Both the position numbers and the translations under genes were made by a program. 64,000 nt of DNA, taken from contig OX597838.1 in the NCBI GenBank assembly GCA_951406725.2, positions 1,612,001 through 1,676,000 on the forward strand, given 5' to 3'. Origin of the DNA: Octopus vulgaris (lineage: Eukaryota). The notes under the pieces were generated by a model. The model was given only the letters and a program-made list of their open reading frames with translations. It was not told where the DNA came from and did no database searches. Below, piece after piece: positions 39,156 to 52,990 of the stretch (position 1 is its first letter; each line of letters begins with the position of its first letter).

Positions 39156-39430
39156 GGCGCATGGCTTAATGGTTAGGGTGTTGCACTCACGATTGTGAGA
39201 TTGTGGTTTCGATTTTCAGACCGGGCGTTACGCTGTGTCCTTGGACGATCATTTCGTCATCTTACATGTGGCACATGATGTACCTGTACAGGTAATGTCG
39301 ATTTTATGGAGGGAAGGAACTTATGTGTACACAAACATTTCATCACTGTAAACAAATCACATCATCTGTGTGGTGTCCAGCAAGGAACTGCCGAACCCTC
39401 ATACGTCGTCTGACGGCGGGAGAGTCCATC
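39156..39430 (+). mobile_element. SINE family C-related copy
   Basis: ggcgcatggcttaatggttagggtgttgcactcacgattgtgagattgtggtttcgatt: a tRNA-like head closely matching 46775-46889. Confidence 0.75.
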
Positions 39431-39444
39431 ACATATACATATAT

Positions 39445-40201
39445 AGGAGGTAGAGTTAATTCTAAGACTCTAAGACCCAGTGGAAAGAAGTAAGGAGGCA
39501 TCACGTGTCCTTCATTGCTGGCAACCTCTAAAACCGTTGCAGGGAATTTTGTATGAATAACACCTGAAATTTCAGAAGGATCTGCACATAACCATCTGTC
39601 ATTTCTTCTGTTAACTTTTTGATCTTGGTCGAAGTTTTTCTTGTTTGAGAAAAACCAAATCAAATCTTCTTCTGCTGGATTTTTCACTTTGTTTAAGAGT
39701 CTTTTAGATCTGATGTAGTGATTTTCTTTTGCTTTTCCTGACAAATTGACCTTTCCTCATCATATAACATTTATATCTGAGGTCTTCTTGGACAACATTT
39801 CTGACTGTTCCTTCTGACACATGGTAATCTTTTGCAATTGACCTCATGGACTTTCTGGGATTCTAATCAATGGCCTGATGAACTTGTTGGATAAATTCAG
39901 TTGTTCTGATGACGCCAGAGCGTTTAGAAAATGCTTTTTATGCTTTGATACCGGTGATACGTTTCCATCTTCAGTCTCTAACTCCTTACACATTTTGTAG
40001 ACGAAAGATCTGGCAACTTTTAAAAATCGAGATATTTCTAAATGCTCAATTTTTATAACCACAATAACAGCATGCCTCTTCTTTTCTTGAGTAAGATGAG
40101 GGTCTGCCATTATTATTTTCTGAAACAAAGATTTTACAGATTTAGCAAAAAATGCAGCAATAATCCAAAAAGGTATGTCCTCAAATACCTTACGCACCCT
40201 G
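39445..40201 (-). mobile_element. Tc1/mariner-superfamily element, maT (DD37D)-like, 3'-truncated
   Basis: Left end TA|CAGGGTGCGTAAGG at 40201. Frameshifted transposase: EISRFLKVARSFVYK (HTH), KSMRSIAK, WFFSNKKNFDQDQKVNRRNDRW, KFPATVLEVASNEGHVMPPYFFPLGLRV. The subfamily cannot be confirmed without the last two catalytic residues. Confidence 0.75.
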
Positions 40202-40276
40202 TATATATGTATATCATATGATCAAGATTTATGCTCAATACGAAAAGAAAACTCGATGTATTTCCCAAGATGCCCC

Positions 40277-40360
<84 letters not shown>

Positions 40361-40393
40361 AGTCTGTCTGTCTGTCAGTCTGTCTGTCTGTCA

Positions 40394-40440
<47 letters not shown>

Positions 40441-40912
40441 TGTAATCAACAGTATTTTCTAACATAAACCTAATCTGCCTTACAACCGATGTCGGTTGAT
40501 GCCATTTCAGCTTTCGACTCTACCTCTCGTCTTCTCCTTTCTGCATCCTTTCGTCACACCTCCCACTTCTCACTTCCTTACCTTAACCTTCATCTGCCCA
40601 TCCCACTGCATTAACGGACCTCTTCCTATGCTCAGGGTTGGCAGCCATGGCTCAGCAAAACGAGGATAGCTGGTCTGCTACCCTGTCGTTCATATGGTCA
40701 GTCACACAGACCACCTGGACGGTGGGGTTAGGTTTATCGGGATGATTAGACACGTTTACGCTTTTACAAAACAGTAACAAAAAAATCTATAGGAAAAATC
40801 TATAGGAAATTTTAAAAAATAATGAAAATATATGTTATGATTTTAGTGTTAAAATAACTTTTGTATCTTTGCTGGTGATCGATAAACTATATTAGTCAGG
40901 TTAAAATAAGTT

Positions 40913-40963
<51 letters not shown>

Positions 40964-41639
40964 CACACACACACTCACACACACACACACACACACGTTA
41001 TTCAAGAACAAACTGCCGTCCTAAAGACTCTCTGAGACATCTACTTGAGGTCATCAAATCTTATAAATGTCCGTGATTTCACACTTGTTAGGCTAATTAG
41101 CTGACCAGTCAGATCGTGCTGTTACCAAGTTTCGCCGTATTAATTGACCAGTTAGTGTGGTCAAAGATGGACGCATTGGTGTGTGTGTGTAGTACTACAG
41201 ACACCTGGCTCCACTTTTAGAAATGCATGTGTGTGTGTGTGTGTGTGTGAGTGTATGTTTGATGTTTCCAGATTGGTCACAGATGGTGAGCAGTGTGAGG
41301 AGAGTGTCGGCATCTGTGGTTAAGCGGTGCGGTCAGGTGGAAATGGTTGTGTTGGGCTGATGGAACGGGTAATGCTACTGTGATGATGGCGGTGTTGGTG
41401 GTTGTGGTGGTGATACTGTCATGAGGGTAGTGTGGTGAGATGGTGCGCGGCTGGGAGTGATGGTGGGGATGTGCTGTTGCTGTTGTTGTTGTTGCTGTTG
41501 TTATGGTTGTCGATAGTGTCGATTGTGTAATATCAGTTATTGCTCGCTGTTGTTTCGCACAAAGTCAGCCATCCTATCTTTTAATGTCTGCCAGAAGCTC
41601 AGGCCATGTTTTGTCATGCACCGTTTTCTGTGTCTGCAA

Positions 41640-41985
<346 letters not shown>

Positions 41986-42094
41986 GCTTATATTAAGTGG
42001 TTACAATGACCTAGAAAATAAATTGTTGGTGCCCATCTAACTCAATAGGATTCAAACTAGACAGACAGATGGATAGTCAAAATCAGTGATACTA

Positions 42095-42180
42095 CTTTGG
42101 CTTGGTGGTTACAGCAGTTAGAAGTTACAGCAGACGTGTTGTTCGAAACCTGCTCGCGGCGTTACAATTTCTTCCGTCTT
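42095..42180 (+). other. Isolated tRNA-like Pol III head (SINE head or tRNA pseudogene)
   Basis: TGGCTTGGTGG (42098, A box) and GTTCGAAACC (42141, B box) at tRNA-like spacing; I could not fold a full cloverleaf. Confidence 0.45.
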
Positions 42181-43115
42181 CATTGATATCGTGTCTTGTT
42201 TGCATGTGTACACATGTAGATAGATGAAATTAGTGTTAGAAATATATATGTCTGTGAGCATGTTTCTACATCTATAGATGTGTATTTAATGGTAATTCCA
42301 GACGTTCATACATTTGCAATCAATTTTACGTGCATTTATGATATTGGTACGTGTGAGTGTGTGCATATTTAAATATTAATGAGTGTGTGAGTGTGTGTGT
42401 GTATATAAGTATGTGTGTATTACACACACACATACTTATATACAGATATATTTATATGGAGAGAGATGAAGAGAGGGGTAAGAGATGCTTGGATTGATAT
42501 CGATAAACAGCCAGATGGAAGTATTGCGTAGAATATTATGTACTTAATGAAGAAGAGGTTAAATATTTGACTGACACCATCCAGTGACTAATTAAAGCAA
42601 GTTCATTTTATTAGAAAACACAAAACCAAACATGAAACAGTGAAGAAAGACAAAGAGTTTAATATAAATGGAAGCCCTCCATCAAAGTGCTGCATTGTGA
42701 ATATACACTAGCTGGCAGACGACAGCTATTTCTAGGTCGCCATTAGCTGGCAGACGACAGGTAATCCTTGATAGACATTAGATTATAGACAAATATCAGC
42801 AACATGTCGTCTTTCTCTGCCTCTCTCTCCTTCAAGCTCCTTTCTTCTTCACTCAGCTTATCCAATAAGTACCTCCTTCATCTATCTCATATCACTCTTT
42901 CATACCATGCTGCATCACTCCTCTCTCTCTTTCCCTCTTCCTCTCTCTCTCTCCTCCTTCTTCTCTCTCCTCCTTACTCTCTCACTACGATTTCCATTTC
43001 TCTTTTTCTTTTACCTCTTTCCTTTCAAAAGCAAACATCTCGCTTTCCCTCATAATTTATATACATATATAGAATCACGCACACACACATACACACAAAC
43101 ACACACACATATGAG

Positions 43116-43168
<53 letters not shown>

Positions 43169-43567
43169 TATTACATATACAAAATTATATATATATATGT
43201 ATACACACACACACATACAATCACATATATATACGCACACCCTCTCAAAATCTGTTCACTCTGTCTCTCCATCTCTATCCATCCCCCCCCCACACACTCT
43301 CTCTCTCTCACCTAAATTCACATTTTAAATTTCTCTGCCCTAATTGTTTCTCACTCCATTTTGTATAGATCAACCCTGTCCCCTACAATCTACACACTCG
43401 TCTCTCCATATATTCTCTTCAACACAATTTTATACACCCACCTCGCTATTCCGCTGCCACTCCAACGCTCAACAACAAATTCTTTGAGAATGTTTCTACG
43501 CACACGAAACATTCCTCTCAATACATTCAATCTCACTCACTTTACACATCTCTCTTGAACTTCCTCT

Positions 43568-43657
43568 CTTGCTCTCTCTCTCTATCTTGCTCTCTCTCTC
43601 TATCTTGCTCTCTCTCTCTATCTTGCTCTCTCTCTCTATCTTGCTCTCTCTCTCTAT
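43568..43657. repeat. 18-bp minisatellite (CTTGCTCTCTCTCTCTAT) x5
   Basis: Direct reading; gives the KIERES repeats in ORF 43496-43714. Confidence 0.9.
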
Positions 43658-43953
43658 CTTGCTCGCTCTCTCTCTTGCCCTCGCTCTCTCTGTCTTAACT
43701 CTTTCTCTGTACATATATATACGTAATCACACACGCACACAAAACACACACAAACACACACACACACATCTATATATACGTACATAACGATCTCCACTTA
43801 CATGTGTATACCTCGATGTCTATGCGAATAACCAGAGGCAATTACACACTGCTTAATTATTTTCTCTCCAGTAACTAGAGGACATTTTATCAATCTACTA
43901 TAACGCGGACGCCCTATTGTGTGCTTAAACACACACACACACACTCACACACG

Positions 43954-44018
<65 letters not shown>

Positions 44019-44169
44019 AGAAGCAGTGTCACCACTGTTCGTAATTTTCGTCAATTTTTGAAACAGACATACTCACACGAACACCTCGCCTATTCACGCT
44101 TTCTGTCTGTCTGTCTGTCTGTCTGTCTCTTTTTTTCTCATTCTCTCTCTCTCCATCTATCTCTCCTTC

Positions 44170-44217
<48 letters not shown>

Positions 44218-45180
44218 GTATATATATACACATACATATTTGTACACACAAACACACACACACACACACACACACATATGTATGTTTATATATGCATACA
44301 ATGTCAACGTCTGTTTGGCTACGTATGCATGTATGCGTACGTAGAACGTATTTATGAATTCATCTGTTTGTCCGGCTGTCTATGTACAGTGTACGTAGGT
44401 ATATCAGCGTACATGTATGCATATATATGTATACGTACATATATGCACACATGCATGCATAAATAGATACATACACACGCATACACATACACACGTATCA
44501 AACGAAAGAATATCGAGGCAACATTTCTTTCTGTAAATTATCCATTTCCGATCTCACGCAGCACCTCATCGCACATACATGTATAGTGTCTGTTTTCGTC
44601 TATGTGTGTGTGTGTGTGTGTTTCTGGGCATGCCTTTATATCTATGGCCCAATAGCGTACAGTCTAAGCTTGCCTGCCATCAAATTTCTCTGTTGTGAAG
44701 TAGAATTATCAACATTATGGCTGACATATTTACTTGAAATTTTGAAGACTCTTAGCACAAAATACTCTCAACTTGAAATCTTCTGATCCGCAGCGAACGA
44801 AGGCCTCCATTATAGTATTCCAGGAAGCATGTAATATGTTCAGTACTGAAATGATTTTAGGCGATATAAGGATATTATGACATATTATAAGATATATAGT
44901 GATGGAAATCCCAGCAAATGGTTGGTTCGTTGGAGTCTCGTATTGTGTCTGTCGTCAACACATTTGATTCTTAACCAATCCGCCTTCCTTGCAAACAAGC
45001 GTCAAATAATGGTATACTTCACACTACAGTGTTTGCGACGAAGACGTTTACAGGTGAACAGTCCTGTCTGTTTAGCTGAAAAGAGGTACCACAATATTTT
45101 ATAGTTCCTTCTACTGGAGACATAAATAAAACATTCAGTTTTCAATGCCACGATCCACCAAACTACTTATATCTATGTGC

Positions 45181-45221
<41 letters not shown>

Positions 45222-45229
<8 letters not shown>

Positions 45230-46030
45230 TAAAACTGAGAATGTGTGTCTGTCTGTCTGTCTGTTTGTGTGTTTCCCTAAAAATTGAGAACTACAGAACC
45301 AATTTCATTCAAATTTTACACATGCCTTACTTATGGTCTATCTAGTTTCATGGGCAAAAAAAAATGTTCAACTTCTTGCCTAGAGCGAGCCCATAGCAAT
45401 ATCATATCTTCTCCACTATTTCAGTATTACGTGTTAAAAGTGAAACAAAAACATTTCTCTATTTTATGTCAGATGCTTTCACTTTAACAATAAAAATAAT
45501 AATAACAATTGAATTATATGTAGTAAGTAATAATTAAAATCAAACTAAAGTATAATATAATCGTAACATAACAAAAGTAAAAATAGCAATTGGTATCTAA
45601 ACAGAGGAAGTAAATTCGCCACAATAGAAGCAAGGTTCGAGTCAACGGAGCGTGCAAGGGAGTACTCGACTCAAACCTTGCGAAGTGGAAATATTTAATT
45701 TTTACCTTTATATCTGGGACGTTTGACGTCCCGGATAAAAATTAAAAATGTCCCCCCAGAAGTAGAGGTAGGCTGGATTGTAGCCACACTTCTATACAAG
45801 AGTGAGAACAAGATACAATTGATCGAAATTGCAAGAGACGGGCTTACAATTCCAGTCTGTTATATATTTTGAGTATTGTTATCACTAGCGATATCAAGAT
45901 ATAACTTTGTATTTTGTATTTTATGTGTAGATGTATATATATAGATGTACATGTAATATGTACACATATATATACACATATATACAAGCACTAGCACTAT
46001 GACCCGGCAACGACGGGTCATAATGCTTGT
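45222..46030 (+). mobile_element. Non-autonomous Helitron-like element with internal (GTCT)n
   Basis: 5' tatataaaactgagaatgtgtgtctgtctgtctg, then aaccaatttcattcaaattttacaca; 3' hairpin tatgacccg-gcaacga-cgggtcata followed by atgCTTG|T (CTAG variant). That both ends belong to one element is inferred. Confidence 0.55.
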
Positions 46031-46121
46031 ATATATATATATATATATGTATGAGTGAGAGAGCAGAGCATGACATCAAAGTGATGTATGTATGTATGTA
46101 TGTATTGCATGTATATATATG

Positions 46122-46165
<44 letters not shown>

Positions 46166-46262
46166 GAGCGAGAGAGAGAGAGAGAGAGAGAGAGATAAAA
46201 AGGGTAAGGCAACAAAAGAATGAAAGGGACATCGATATTATGTAAATAGAGGAATTTATCTG

Positions 46263-46435
46263 TAAATGTAATATGTGACAATTGTTCGGTAGCCATGATA
46301 AAACTCCGGTTTTTTTTCATAGCATTTTTTCCTATCTCCGGATAACTGAAGAGATGACAGCGTGGATTTCCACCCCGGCATCGGAAACTCGGAGTTTTAT
46401 CATGGCTACCGAATAATTGTCACATATTACATTTA
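46263..46435. repeat. 46-bp inverted repeat enclosing a hammerhead motif
   Basis: 46263-46308 versus 46390-46435, one mismatch. Confidence 0.92.
46341..46401 (+). ncRNA. Type I hammerhead ribozyme candidate (Penelope/retrozyme-like minimal type)
   Basis: Stem I GATAA/TTATC; core CTGAAGA (46346-52); stem II GATG..CATC with inner GTGGA/TCCAC hairpin; GAAA (46384-87, preceded by one extra G); short stem III ACTC-G-GAGT; predicted cleavage after GUU at 46396. Confidence 0.7.
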
Positions 46436-46449
46436 TATATATATATGAT

Positions 46450-46772
46450 GGATTTGGATAAAAATTGGCTCTTTCTAATCTTGTATGAAGAATATCGAAT
46501 GTCTTCATGCACTACCTGCCTGATAAGAAACTCAGACACTATCATGTCCCTGGCGATGGACCTGATTGACTTGGAGGAATCCTTTTCTATCATGGCCTGG
46601 ATCTCACTAGCAAATTCTGGAGTTCTTTTCTCATCAGAACGATCAGAGTGAGTTTTCCGTGCTGCCGTACCTTTGTAATCACCGACTCTTTCCGAATCCT
46701 CTGCACTCTCCTCAGACTGATACCCAAGCACTTTGAAATGTTCATATTGGAGCTTTTGGTGCAAATACCAAG
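46450..46772 (-). mobile_element. N-terminal fragment of a second maT-like transposase
   Basis: ISKCLGISLRRVQRIRK (HTH) and KRTPEFASEIQAMIEKDSSKSIRSIARDMIVSEFLIRQVVHEDIRYSSYKIRKSQFLS, homologous to the 39.7-40.1 kb protein. Confidence 0.75.
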
Positions 46773-46774
46773 CA

Positions 46775-46889
46775 GAGGAACGTGAAAGGAAGTGCTTTGC
46801 TCAAGAACACAGCGCAACACCCGGTATGGGAATCGAACCCATGATCTCGCAATCGTGAGTGCAACACCCAAACCACTAAGCCACGTGCC
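46775..46889 (-). mobile_element. SINE family C, 5' part
   Basis: Minus strand ggcacgTGGCTTAGTGGtttgg...GGTTCGATTCCC...ttcttgagcaaagcacttcc. Confidence 0.8.
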
Positions 46890-46891
46890 TT

Positions 46892-46947
<56 letters not shown>

Positions 46948-47576
46948 TGCACACCTAATCGTGCTAGAAATATCATTTAAGGAATGCAGTTAATACTGAG
47001 AAATTAGAGCCGCCTTGTTGCGATTCTCCCGTTCTGATCGTATCTCAAGTTGCCATCCATCTTATTGTTTACGGTCAGTTCATTGATGAGAAAAGCCGAT
47101 CGAAACACGATAATCCTTTCTATTTTGGGGATTACTAAAACTTGATTTAGATTATGGAAAACAGGAACGAGGGTATGTGAGGGAGATTTGACTGCTTTAC
47201 CCAGCAGGTCAAGCGATCAAGTAGCAGTTCTGTGTTTGGCTTCTCCTCTCTAAACTGAACGTACAATCTTCTGAATATTCTGCTAAGCAGAACGTTTGAT
47301 GTTGGTGGTGAGAGACGGTGATAGGCATTAAGCGTACACTTCCGCACACAGCAGAGTGGATATTAGAGAAGTAATGTACTTAACATTGGTTTAGCGGAGA
47401 GATCGTTTTGGCGGTGGTGGTGGTGGTGGTGGGGATATGGAAGGGGCTAGATTAGTGAAGATTTCAATCTCATTTTAGACCTACTCTATCAATTATATAC
47501 ACGCTGCTGTTGTATATGTAATAGTGTGATGCGTGGGTGGGTATGGGTGTGTGCATGTATATGTGTATATGGACGA

Positions 47577-47661
<85 letters not shown>

Positions 47662-47758
47662 TGCAATTTAGATTTAGTGTGCCTGTATGTATATATATGT
47701 AGATATATATATATAGATAGATAGGTAGATAGATGGATAGATAGATAGGTAGATAGAT

Positions 47759-47816
<58 letters not shown>

Positions 47817-47843
47817 CAGATATGCAATATAGATTTAGTGCGA

Positions 47844-47891
<48 letters not shown>

Positions 47892-48055
47892 GCGGCTATT
47901 AGCAATATAAAACCAAAAAGGAAAAATTTAGTTGTCACTAATTGTAAATGACGGTGCTGGGTTGTTCCTACATTGCTAGAAATAAGAGATAAAACGTCTG
48001 AGGGCCACAAAGACGCACATGTGTATGTAATGACTAGAGAAATATATATAGAGAG

Positions 48056-48185
48056 GAGAGGGTGCAGAAAAGTTCCTGGCTTTAGAAGTATTGCAGTCCT
48101 TTTACAGGGCTTAAAAAATTGGAGGATCGCTACAATAAGTGGGGTATCTAGGAGGAGAATATGTTGGATGAAATCATAAGATTTT
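48056..48185 (+). mobile_element. Internally deleted mariner remnant
   Basis: TIR-like gagggtgcagaaaagttcctggc joined directly to C-terminal codons GLKKLEDRYNK...GGEYVG*. Confidence 0.5.
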
Positions 48186-48199
48186 GAAGTCTGTGGAAT

Positions 48200-49184
48200 A
48201 AATGATAGATGGGGAAATGTCCGGCGAATATGGTTGGTGGGGCATTGTTTTCCATTCAAACTGCTCCAGCCTTTGGAATGTTAACCTCGCTGTATATGTC
48301 CGAGTATGATCCTGATGGAAGAGCACCTTTCGTCTTGAAACTAAAGATGGTCGATTTTGTTCTAACGCCGACTTTGTTATCATTTGATTTAAGTTTAAAA
48401 GTTCGAAGTGAGCTCAACCTTTCATATCCTACCGAACAGATAACAACCCCTTACGTGGGTGAAGACCTTCTTTTGCTTTGGGTGGCTGCGTCTCTCTTTT
48501 CCCTACCCACTGACTTCCGCGTTTGATAATTTTATAGAGAACCCATTTCTCATCACCAGTCACCATTCGGTCCAAAAATGGTTCATTCGTGAGACGTGAC
48601 AGCAAAGAAGAGCAGACATTCACTTTCTGTGTGCGATTAGACTCGGAAAGTTTGTGAGGAACCCATTCACCCAAATTGCTGACTTTCCGATGGCACACAG
48701 GTCTCGATGAATGGTAGAATGACTAAATCCAAGCTGCTCTGCTACTTCCTCAACAGTTACGATGGGATTTTGTTTCACCAGGGATTGCAGTACGTCCACG
48801 TCGAGCTCTACAGAACTTCCAGGACGAGGCACGTTTTCTATGCTGTAGTTTCCGGCTTGGAATTTCTGGATCTACCTTTCACACTGGCTTACGCTTATTG
48901 TCCCATCCCCATATACTGCATTAATATTCCTCACACTTTCCATAGCGTTATTGAACTCATAAAGCAAAATATACCGAATATCTCCTTTGTCACTTCCATT
49001 ATAGCTTCAATAAAATAACTGTTAGCATCGAACTGCACTCTTCAAAACTTGCACTAAAAATAAGAAACAAGGTAAAATTACTACCTGCTTTTATAGCAGG
49101 TTGATGCAGGTAGTTTATCCCGTCCCTCTCCGACTTTTAATTCATAAAATTGAAAGAAACCGGATTATTTATGGAATGACCCAA
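48200..49184 (-). mobile_element. Decayed mariner (DD34D), Mos1/Hsmar1-like, 3'-truncated
   Basis: Left TIR TA|TTGGGTCATTCCATAAATAATCCGG; motifs NPIVTVEEVAEQLGFSHSTIHRDL, WVPHKL, FLDRMVTGDEKWVLY, LHPRK, VLFHQDH, HQPYSPDISPS. Confidence 0.9.
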
Positions 49185-49202
49185 TATATCAACAAACAAC
49201 AT

Positions 49203-49393
49203 AGGCGCAGGTGTAGGTGTATGGTAAGAAGTTTGCATACCAGCCACATGGTCCCAAGTTCACTCCCACTGTGTGGCACCTCGGGCAGGTGCTTTCTAGT
49301 AAAGCCTCTGACCGACCAAAGACTTGCGAGTAGATTTGGAACACGGAAACTGAAAGAAGCCTGTCATAAATATATATACATATTTACATACAT

Positions 49394-49432
<39 letters not shown>

Positions 49433-49478
49433 GATAAATATATACATATACATATATACACATATATATATATAAATG

Positions 49479-49527
<49 letters not shown>

Positions 49528-49586
49528 TACATTATAAATTATATTATATATTATATTATATTATATTATATTATATTATATTATAT

Positions 49587-49640
<54 letters not shown>

Positions 49641-49780
49641 GTACGTGCCTGTCTTTGGTCTCCTGCTGTCGCTTGACAACCGATGTTGGTGTGTTTATGT
49701 CTCCGTGACTTAGCGGTTCGGCACAATATGTACTAGGCTTACAAATAATAAGTGTTGGGGGCGATTTCTTCGACTGAAAA
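49203..49780 (+). mobile_element. SINE family A with ~270-bp internal TA/TTATA expansion
   Basis: Head aggcgcagg...ccacatggtcccaagttcactcccactgtgtggcacctcgggc, body to gaagcctgtc, then the 3' part cgcttgacaaccgatgttgg...ttagcggttcggca. Confidence 0.85.
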
Positions 49781-50295
49781 CACCAGTGACAGTGAGTGAC
49801 TGCTGTTAAATATATCTTCCACCAAACACCAGACAAAGCACTGAATGCATTGGAATATGATAGAAATATTGGAAAGCAAAGGTGGTGGATGTTTGTCACA
49901 GCTTCTCCATTTTTGTCTGTGTACATGAAGCGATGTAAGTTTTAAATGCTTGGCTGGGAGAGCAGCTGACAGGTATAGCATGATCAGGTGAGAGAATCGG
50001 AAAGTTTCACTTCCTCGTAGAGTTCCATTTCTGGTCACGTGATGTCATTAACTTGGTTTGTAATCCAATCTAATCTTTAAAGCAGAACTAAGTACTCGGG
50101 CGTTCAAAGACATCTACATAGGTGCAGACACACGCACAAACCGTCTGGTGAAACACACGCGCAGAAATACACACAGACACACACTTGCACGCACACACTT
50201 GCACGCACACACTTGCACGCACACACACATACACGTCTACGCGGGCATACACACACACACTCACGCATACAAACACACACAAACACACCTGGGCG

Positions 50296-50336
<41 letters not shown>

Positions 50337-50405
50337 ATATCATATACAGTTCAGATAGACAAAGCGTACAGCTACACATTAACCCCAAGTATTAAAGTGC
50401 GCACG

Positions 50406-50459
<54 letters not shown>

Positions 50460-51144
50460 CACGCACACTATTATAAATGCACAGATGCAAGCATACGTAT
50501 ATAAACACAAATAAAAATTATAAGCATGCACATGCATGCGTATATGTGTGTATGTGTGTGTATGCGTGTGTGTCTGTGAGAGAGAGTGCGTTGGTGGTGT
50601 CTCTTATACCGAATACCTGAATGTTTTCGTGAAGATATCTGAATCCACGCATTTCACACCTGTACACACACCCATATACATACATGTATATATATATATA
50701 CACTCTTCTTAAAGCAACGGTTTTCTAAAATATAGACGAATGCCTTTCTCCATGTGATCGGTTTGAAATGTTGTTAAGACACTCGGATATTTTCCTAGTC
50801 TTCTGGACATGAAACCAATGGTAGCCTTACTTCACAATTAAAGAAACTATATATCCACCTACACGGTGTTGAGCACTCCTTTCATCGATCGACTTTTACA
50901 TACATACATACACATGTATATATGTAAATATTGGTATAGTGGATGAATGAACAAACGCATCACAATTAATAATTTCATGACAGTCCTAAAAATGGAATCA
51001 ATCTTCTGATGGTTATTAATTGGATGGATTCTACGAAGGCCACCCGGGATCATAATTTGCTTTGCGACCGTAATATCGTATTTCTGCATTCTATTTTGAT
51101 CATGCAAAATATTTTACATTTCATATATCCTATATTCACTCATG

Positions 51145-51191
<47 letters not shown>

Positions 51192-51271
51192 TGCATATAT
51201 GTATGTATATATATATATATATACACACAACACAGAAACTTTCACACACAAACACACACATACACACATAC

Positions 51272-51334
<63 letters not shown>

Positions 51335-51524
51335 GTATGTGTGTGTGTATATATATATATATCATATACACATGTATATGATATATATATGTATTATGAA
51401 TTGCGTATTGTTTTTCTTTAATTTGTGGTAGAAAAACATTTTCTCAGTAAACCCTTATGTTAGAAATGTGTAGAGGCTGTCTTGTTTGTCATATGTAAGT
51501 TCAACACGTATATATGACACACAA

Positions 51525-51591
<67 letters not shown>

Positions 51592-51795
51592 TGTATGTTA
51601 TTATCTCGGTATCAATATACATGTTTACATTAGCACTTCTCGTATGCAGTGTAGATAGTAATCACATCATGGCGTTTATGTTTTTCACCGATGATTTGTT
51701 TTCTTTGAATAAACGCTTTTTTTTAATACAATTCAAATAATGATCAACACACAGCTGTGACAGCGTATATATATATATATAAATATATATATATA

Positions 51796-51848
<53 letters not shown>

Positions 51849-52208
51849 ATCTATCTATTTATCTAACTTTCTGTAAATATATGAGTGTGTAATTACACAG
51901 ATATGTAACCATATGCCACTATGTATGTGTAGATATGTGTAGTCTGCCGTTGCAAATACATATACATACATGCATGCATACGTAAATACATACATACAGA
52001 CATGTATATATATACATATATGGTTACATACATTCATACATGCCTACATACCTTCAAAAAAAACAAACATATAGATTGATAGATCATTAGAAATAGATAT
52101 AAATATATATGTGTATGTTTACGTACATGGCTAGCGTGAATCTACATTATACTGTGTGTTTATGTATATGTGTCAATGTGTGTGATACGTATATATATAT
52201 ATATATAT

Positions 52209-52240
<32 letters not shown>

Positions 52241-52481
52241 GCATGTATATATATATATATATACATATATACACATATATATGCATGTATATATATATAT
52301 AGATATACATATATATATATGCATATATATAAAACACATGCACACGCACACATGTGGTTTCTAGTAATGTAGGCAACCAGTTCTTGTATCCATGAAGCGA
52401 TGTACGTCATCTATACAAACACACATCTAAAAAATGGAATATATCTTCGTTTACCTTATATCTATGAATATGTATCCATAC

Positions 52482-52578
<97 letters not shown>

Positions 52579-52886
52579 ATGTGTATAGTATATGTGCATT
52601 TATTTGTCTGCATTATTTGCGCAGAAGCTCGGAAATGTACATTTGCCTAAACATTTGTGATTTACATACATATACTTATTCAAGTTATTTCGCATTGAAA
52701 TATGTGTGTGTATGCATGCTTATGTATATGTGTGCTTTTATACGCGTACATATATATTTATACACACATGCACACACACACACACAGAGTTTTGTGGGTC
52801 TATGAATCTAAGTGCGTGTGTCTTTACTTTATCGATAGTGAGCTGCTTCTGTCTATTTGTATGTAATAGTTATTGTAATATGGAAG

Positions 52887-52950
<64 letters not shown>

Positions 52951-52958
52951 AGATAGAG

Positions 52959-52990
<32 letters not shown>

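Noticed and set aside
42709-43657. Direct repeats considered as a CRISPR-like array
   Set aside because: Only two copies of the 17-mer; the 18-mer is a spacerless minisatellite; the context is eukaryotic with no cas genes.
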